Part shown: in pieces, positions 57,901 through 64,000 of the stretch | Layout: each line of letters opens with the position of its first letter | How positions within the stretch are numbered: position 1 is the stretch's first letter | Assembly (NCBI GenBank): GCA_905178155.1 | Contig: CAJINV010000006.1 | Coordinates: forward strand, 2,088,230-2,152,229 | Source: Amoebophrya sp. A120 | Lineage: Eukaryota; Protista; Dinoflagellata | Length of the DNA: 64,000 nucleotides | Direction: 5' to 3' | Program-made: the position numbers and the translations under genes | Notes under the pieces: generated by a model | Seen by the model: only the letters and a program-made list of their open reading frames with translations | Database searches by the model: none | Told to the model about the DNA's origin: nothing

Positions 57901-60900
57901 GCTTTCGGAGGTGGAACGACAAAATAGGCCGGGAAGAACTCCACAAGGAGAACTTCGTGAAGTGGGTGAACGACAACTTTGACTGTGACAAGGCCTATAC
58001 GGCAGGGAAATTGCACGACGTTGGCTTTTATGCATTGCAGAAGTAACGTCCTAGTATAAATTGCATTACAAATTTTGGCAAGAAGAAAAGTGGAATTTGT
58101 AATGCTGTTTTAACTTAGGAGAGAGATTTATCATGCATATTTACAATTAGTACAAGCACGATACTTTTGCACAGCATAGCTTTGGCCACGCACTAAAAAC
58201 TGACATCGGCTACTACTACCACAAGGACATCAAGCTGGACGCGTTTAAGAGTAAGAAATACGCCAGACACCGCTGTCGAATGAACTATCCTGAGTAAAAA
58301 CGTCCGCCCCAAAGTCAAGATGGGGATTTTGCAACAGAAATCGAGAAGTTTTGGAATTCGGATTCACGCATCACAAGCTGCAGTCCCGATAGTGTAGTGC
58401 AGGCTATAGCAAGGACAAACGCACCACAGATCCATCTACTTAGCCTGGTTACAGCATTGCAAATGCCAAAACACGACTAGAAATGCCTCTCATGGAGATG
58501 CGCATTGCAAATCGATTCCTGTCATTGCGAGTCTGCATGACAACTCTGGGGTGGGGACGTTTTTACAAATGATATTCACACCGAAGTAATGCTCGTGGAG
58601 TGGTACGACCGCCCCGGCGCAAAAATGATCAGCTACATCACAGTATCGAATGTAAAAATGTCTGGGTCTGGAAGAATGCAAGATTTGTGATGCAGGTTTT
58701 CCATGACCCATGAGGTCTGGAATGCGAGACCCAGCATGACAGATTTTTTGAGGTCTCTACCATGCCCTTCCTGCATGAGAAACTCCCTCTCAACTTGGTC
58801 AAAAGCGGCCAGCTTTTGGTACTCACGCAACACAGATTTTTGCATCATTCAGATTTAGCATGACAAGTTCTAACCTTGTTCCAGACCCAGACACTTTTAC
58901 ATTTGATACACAGCAGAAGACAAGGCCAAGCAGGAACGCGACGCAGAGTATGCTGCAGCGGAGAAGGCGCAAAAGCGAGCGGCCAGGGACGAGAAAAGAA
59001 AGGAGCATATCGTAAGGAAAAATCCCCCCTCCCCATATCAAAAAGGCAGCCTTTTGAAAATTTGTAATGCTGATTTGTGGTCACAAATTAGGTCAGTGTT
59101 GCAAGAGAGCAAGGCCAGAGCGTGCGCCGCCTTACGCAGGCGGTTTGTAATGATGCGCCAACAGGGCAGAGCAGACGTCTGCCATGCTGAGTGCCTATCT
59201 CTAGCCAGCCCCTTCCAGGCACTGTAAGCATCTGCCTGCAGTCCTCCTCTGGAAGACAAAGCTGATTTGTGCACACGAATCCCGCAACACAGATTGCCAT
59301 TTTGATATGGGGGAGGATTTCTCAGTTCGATAAAACAGGAGAAAAAAAACGGTGGCGATTGGGACAACTACAAGAAAAACGATGAATGGAAACAGTCTTC
59401 CAGCTGGCTATGCATTGCAAAAGTATCGTACTCGTAGTAATCCTAATCGCAATCATGCATTACAAATCTCCATCCCAAGGTAAAACAGCATGACAAATTC
59501 CATTTGTCATGCTGAGCTAATTTGTTTTGCAGTTACTACTAGGGCGATACTTTTGCAGTTCATACTGACAACAAGGAAACAACACTTACAACTCGTCCAG
59601 CTGGAATAACAGCAGTGGAAACAACTACAATTCAGGAAACGACTGGAACCAGGGAGGTGGTGCTGGTTCTTGGGGTGCTGGCGACTGGAACAACAAAACG
59701 ACTTCCGGGTACAACAATAATTCCTCAAGTTGGAACAATGACTACGGTAAAACTAGCTGGAAGAATGACGATAAAAAAGACAACTGGGACAACAGTTACA
59801 ACAAGTACGACAAAACTTCTTCCTACGAAAATGCTGACAAGAAGGCAGCGTCCTACAACGCGTTCAACGCCCCTGCCGCACCAGCGGGAGAGCCGAGTGA
59901 TAAAAAGAATTCCTTCGAGGTTGAAGAGTCTGTTGTCCCCCGACCTGGTCGCGGCGGAAGCAAAGAAAAAGAGAGACAAAAGTCCCCAGAGCGAGGACGG
60001 GGAGGCAGTAAGGAGAAGGAGCGCGGTACTACGTCTGCTGCTAGCAGTTCTCAAAACAAGTTTCTCTTCTACGAAGGTAGAAATGAGAACACCCGTCGAG
60101 AGGACGACGTGGAGCGGTACCATCGATCGAGTAAGTACAGGGAAGATTATCATGATAAAGATGACTACAACTACCGGGGTGGCAGCAAGCACAAAGACTA
60201 CAACCAGCCATCTCGGTACAGCCGCAGCCGGGGGCGGGATAGAGGAGCCAGGAGGTCAAAGGAAAAGGAGGACGAGAGAGACCGGTACGACCGCCGCGAC
60301 CGTAGTCGATCCAAAGAAGTGAATAAAGAGGAAAACAACGGCCGGGGGAGGAGTCGGTATGGAAACAGACGGGACGGGAGTAAGGACAAGGATATCAAAG
60401 ACAAAGGGGATATCAAGAAAGAAACAACTACCTCCCGCGACGCAAAATCGAAAGCAAAGGACAATATCACCGCCAAGGAAGAGAAGAAACCCCCACCTCC
60501 TCCGCCTGCTAAGAAGAAAGCTGCAGCTGCTGCGTCCTCTTCCTCAAGTTACAAACCCGGTGGCGGCGTGGAGGAATATTTGGCGGCGAAAGCGAAAAAG
60601 GAGGCTGAAGAGGCGGCGGCGGCAAGTGCGAGGGAGGTGAAATCTAGTCCGGTTATTGACTACACGAAGGTTAGAGCGGCGGATTTGTTGGCGGATGGAG
60701 ACAGGTATGTTTATATTGCAATCATGCATTTACAAATCCTTTTCCTAACGTGAATCCGCATTACAAATTTCATTTCTCACGCTGAGGAAATCGAAATTTG
60801 TAATGCATTTATGCGAGTGCGATACTTTTGCAGTGGATACGTTTTTCATCGTCATGCCACCTGAACTTGTCATGCAAGTTGAACAAATCAAAATGAAAAT

Positions 60901-61062
60901 CTTTCGAATCTGTGTTGCAACTTACTACTTATGTTGTAAACTATGAAACGAAACACGACAATCAATATGAATATCAGCTTCAAGCTCGACAAGGCGGAGT
61001 CTGTGGCGAGTAAGAAGGAAGAAGAGAAGAAGCAGGTCAGTGTCAACATGGACGAGTTGTAG
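51941..61062 (+). CDS. Large hypothetical protein with Trp-spaced N/G/S-rich region and RS/RD-rich C-terminus
   Basis: Frame continuity across 16 introners and several AG-ending introns; last intron 60705-60977 leads to TAG 61060-61062. Some internal donors unresolved, so it could be two genes. Confidence 0.6.
52094..52375. mobile_element. Introner family E
   Basis: TIR; DR tccaa/tccaa. Confidence 0.9.
53172..53390. mobile_element. Introner family C-like (degenerate)
   Basis: Weak TIR; DR about atttt/attgt; left end +/-1. Confidence 0.65.
53484..53603 (+). other. GT-AG intron derived from a family B core (TIRs lost)
   Basis: gtatttc...ctatcag restores frame (LAL-S-QLA); interior matches the core of 56243-56393. 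Confidence 0.75.
53676..53869. mobile_element. Introner family B containing (GAT)n microsatellite
   Basis: TIR; DR gcgcg/acggg; gat repeat ~53800-53826. Confidence 0.85.
54318..54575. mobile_element. Introner family A with extended direct repeat
   Basis: DR ccgtt/ccgtt, extending to 19 bp. Confidence 0.8.
54644..54904. mobile_element. Introner family A
   Basis: TIR; DR taccg/taccg. Confidence 0.92.
55008..55259. mobile_element. Introner family A (inverted relative to 3698-3949)
   Basis: TIR; DR ctccg/ctccg. Confidence 0.92.
55453..55601. mobile_element. Introner family B
   Basis: TIR tatcctgtgcaa.agtatcgtactcgta; DR tccgc/tccgc. Confidence 0.92.
55668..55973. mobile_element. Introner family H (inverted relative to 46000-46304)
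   Basis: TIR; DR aacga/aacga. Confidence 0.92.
56243..56393. mobile_element. Introner family B
   Basis: TIR; DR cctag/cctga. Confidence 0.88.
56564..56879. mobile_element. Introner family E
   Basis: TIR aaaaacgtcccc; DR aaaag/gaaag. Confidence 0.88.
56978..57267. mobile_element. Introner family A (degenerate)
   Basis: DR gcaga/ggagg. Confidence 0.78.
57611..57761. mobile_element. Introner family G, apparently inside a larger conventional intron
   Basis: TIR ...taaatttcctgtacatgtaca; DR cacct/cacct. Confidence 0.85.
58029..58178. mobile_element. Introner family B
   Basis: DR gcttt/gcttt. Confidence 0.88.
58286..58574. mobile_element. Introner family E
   Basis: TIR; DR tgaac/ttcac. Confidence 0.85.
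58644..58908. mobile_element. Introner family A (inverted relative to 1266-1527)
   Basis: TIR; DR cacag/cacag. Confidence 0.92.
59008..59332. mobile_element. Introner family K
   Basis: TIR core ctcccc(c)atatcaaaa.ggca; DR gagca/aaaca. Confidence 0.8.
59409..59564. mobile_element. Introner family B
   Basis: TIR; DR ctggc/ctgac. Confidence 0.9.
60705..60977 (+). other. GT-AG intron containing a family B remnant lacking its left TIR
   Basis: gtatgt...atatcag; B core and right TIR end at ~60839. Confidence 0.7.
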
Positions 61063-64000
61063 TGGGTGGAAAAGAACGGGAGAATTGTGTAACAAGCCGA
61101 CGATGACGAGAACGCCGAAGGGAATAAACAAAAGTAGAACACGAAGCAAAAATGACCAAAATGCAGCCGCCCCTCCTCGTCATAAAAGCACGAGCACCTC
61201 TAATTATACAACCTGTATCACCAAAATAAAGCCGACGAAGAACCTTCACACTACTCCTTTCAGCACATCTGCAACAGCAACACCCAAGAAACGGAGGTTT
61301 CAAGCAGGATACCGACGAGGAGGAGGTTCCTGCGGGAGTAGAGACATTTTTAAGATTTTTACTCAGATTCGAAACAAGACAACTACCCACTTCAGGACTT
61401 TAAATAGGATTATAACATCAGAAAAACGATAAAAGTGACGTATTAGTCCCGAACTTTTACGCCAGAGAAAGGACGCTAATTTCAAAACCATGCAACAATA
61501 ATAGATACTCTCATATACAAAAAAAACACCAAATGCGCGAAAAATTCTTTTTTTTTCATTTTTTCAACACTAGGATTAGTCTGCGAGTTTGACAGGGGCG
61601 GGGGCGCAGATCTTCATGGGGAAATGAAGCAAGCGGCTTGTTTCTGTCGAACCGAAGAGAAAAATTGCAATCGAAAGATAAGAATTCAACCACGACTGGG
61701 GTGAAGAAGAGGATGTGAAGACTTCGCCTAGATTGCATATACTTCTTTTTACGCACCCCTAGTACTAGCTCCACCAAAAAAATTGTGTCGTCTTTCACGA
61801 CCTTTGCCTTTCCAGCACTCATCTGATAGCCAACTAGTAACTGTGTCACACCACGGCGCGACAAAAAGTTGATATTTGGATAAGTACAAAGTCGTATTTG
61901 CTCATTTTTCCGCCTCAGGAGATGAACTTGCTTCCGGCGCAAGCAGGCGCAGAAGATGAAACTATTGCTAAAGATGGGCAAAGAGAATCTTATCCAAGTC
62001 GCAGTCACTCGTTTATTTTACGCCGTTTATTATTCTTTGTCTTTGTCAACAGAAACAACAGGTGTATCACCACAGGAATAGAATCACCTTGTTTAACGTC
62101 AGAATACAAATCTCAATTTTACGCTTGAAGACTTGTAATGCAGCTTTTTTGCATTCTCGAATGACCCTGTACAAAAACATCCTTTGATAGGACGAGAAAT
62201 GGAACTTTTCAATATTGTCTTTCTCTTGTACCTTTTGTTCATCACCAGCTTGTTTTGCAGCCGGCGCACCCTTGTGTCGTGTTGTAACTGCCAGCGCAAC
62301 TGCAGGGGTTCAAAATCTTCTGATGGTCTTCGTCGACGTTGTTCTTCACAAGCAAGTGAGTTGTGATGAGCACCGGTCAGAGTTAAAGAAGGCAGTGCAC
62401 TTTGAGACTCAGAAGAGAGATGTAGGAGATGAGATTGCAGACTGTTGCTTCCGAGTTAGGAACACATGAGGCGCAGACGACATGTCGAGCATGACGAGGA
62501 TGAGCAAAGGAAAAGAGAGGAGGCGCGCGCGGGAGGGCGCGCAGCAGTGCGCCCATTTTGTTCGTCGTCGTGCGGAATGCACCCAAATTAGGCTCCGCTA
62601 GCGTTGGTGTGCAAGCTTCGAGCCGGCTTGCATTGTGCTTATTATCCGCACGCCGCCCGTCAAAGTGGGCGGCTTCGCCGGTCATTGCTGGTTTGGAAGG
62701 CGGGCGCAGAGCCTGGGTCTGTGATTCGTCCGCGAGGGGCGTCGCGGCGACGGTGACCTATCCGGAGAGCGGCGAGGAGAGGGCGCTCCTTTTTTGGCGC
62801 TATGACCTCTAAGTGTCCAGTCTGCCGCCCTGCCCGAGCATCTGGCCCTGCAAATACCGCAAGCGCCGCCGTTGCAACGCCGCACGCCGCGGGCGTTTGG
62901 GGCGTCTGCCGTTCATAAATTTGCCCCGCGGCCAGGCCCACCAAGGCAGGCCCCGTTGGGCCCAAGGCGCAGCGCCAATAGTGCGCCGAGCGGGGTGCTC
63001 TGCTTACCCTCGTAGGCCATCCAACTTTTAAGCAACCACCGCCGCGGGGCGACGTAGCTACCGAAAGAATGGACGTCGGTCGGTGCGGGGGTGATGGAAG
63101 AATGGCTGGCAGCGCGTGGGATTGATTCGCGTCCCGAGGGGGCGAGGCAGATAATTGATTAGCCGCCCGCCCTGCCCGGGCGGGGGCCGGCAGGGGGGAT
63201 CGATGGATGGATAGAAGACGCCCCGCCTCAAATGGCCTGGCGCAGCTGTAGAAATACGTGTGTGGGCGGTCCATTGGGTCCTGCCCATGCATTCAACTAG
63301 GACGGCGGGCGCAGGGGTTCCAGACCTCGTTTTCTTGCCGCGCGCGGCCCATCATGTTGCAATTAGTGGTGCGCAATCATGTCAAGTCAATGTATAACTT
63401 CGCCTCCTTCGTACATGTGTCATTTGGCGGGTTGACCTGTGTTATTCGTCGTTGATCTTGAGATGCCAAGAAGTGCTGCAGTGTTTAGAGAGCGTCTTTT
63501 AGGTTCTTGGGTCCTGGTGCGTGTGAGTGTTGAATGCTTGTTATTAAGATATCTCAGACAACGTTTGTTATTTGGAAAAGCAGTGCGTGAGCTCTGGGCC
63601 TAAACGGTTGTGGGACCGCTCGAGAAGAAGTGACAGCGTGTGTTGACCCGCGGAGCAGGCAAAAAAGCGCTGAGCATGCCGCTCCGCCCCATGATTACTC
63701 TTATGGAAACTCGTTCTCCGTCTCCGTTTTGTTGGCGCCAGGAATGTGGTAAGCAGCGCCCAGGGCCGCGGCCCGTGGCCAGTAGTTGTCTGAGCCGTAT
63801 CGCCAGAAGCAAGGGGCGCGCGGGCAAGCGTGGCGCCGGCGCGGCCCTCAGTTGCGGCATGCTTGTGGGGCCCTAATGGCGTCGGGTTGGTTGGGGCCCC
63901 CTCTGATTGCGCGCGGCCGGCCGCGTCAGGGGCGCCGTGTGGCCGTCGGCCCCGCGCGAAGACAATGAAAAGCGAGCGCATTCCGGAGGGGCGTGCCGCG

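Noticed and set aside
1266-58908. Recurrent ORF peptides such as MSGSGR, FQTQTFLHLI, CKNVWVWK
   Set aside because: These are translations of family A TIRs, not a protein family.
1266-59564. CRISPR-like or bacterial REP/IS interpretation of the repeats
   Set aside because: The repeats are inverted pairs with TSDs inside eukaryotic genes; there is no regular repeat-spacer array, cas gene or transposase.
236-61062. Genes as transposon-disrupted pseudogenes
   Set aside because: Frames and catalytic motifs are intact after removing dozens of insertions, which implies purifying selection.

Overview
Eukaryotic, intron-rich protist DNA. The architecture matches the parasitic dinoflagellate relative Amoebophrya (Syndiniales); this is inferred from the pattern, not from a database hit. 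Eight large genes and one small ORF all lie on the + strand. They are interrupted by 86 short (~110-325 bp) inverted-repeat elements of about 11 families, covering roughly a third of the window. These start 5'-TAT (occasionally TAC/TAG/CAT/TAA), end ATA-3' (two variants), have family-specific TIRs and 5-bp direct repeats, and lack GT-AG ends. Removing an element plus one direct repeat restores the reading frame at almost every junction I traced, so they behave as non-canonical introns (introners) in either orientation. All families share a repeated GCAT(G/C/T)ACAA motif. Three introners carry a nested 0.81-0.88 kb GC-rich element with Helitron-like hallmarks: A|T insertion, no TSD, a 3' hairpin with a compensatory change, and a CTGG end. 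Rebuilt genes include an IQ-motif protein, a sterol-desaturase/fatty-acid-hydroxylase family enzyme, a p25alpha/EF-hand-like repeat protein, a PDZ-like membrane protein, a MAP3K-like kinase and a protein with Trp-spaced and RS-rich tails. Family letters A-K are my own labels; all coordinates were read by hand.
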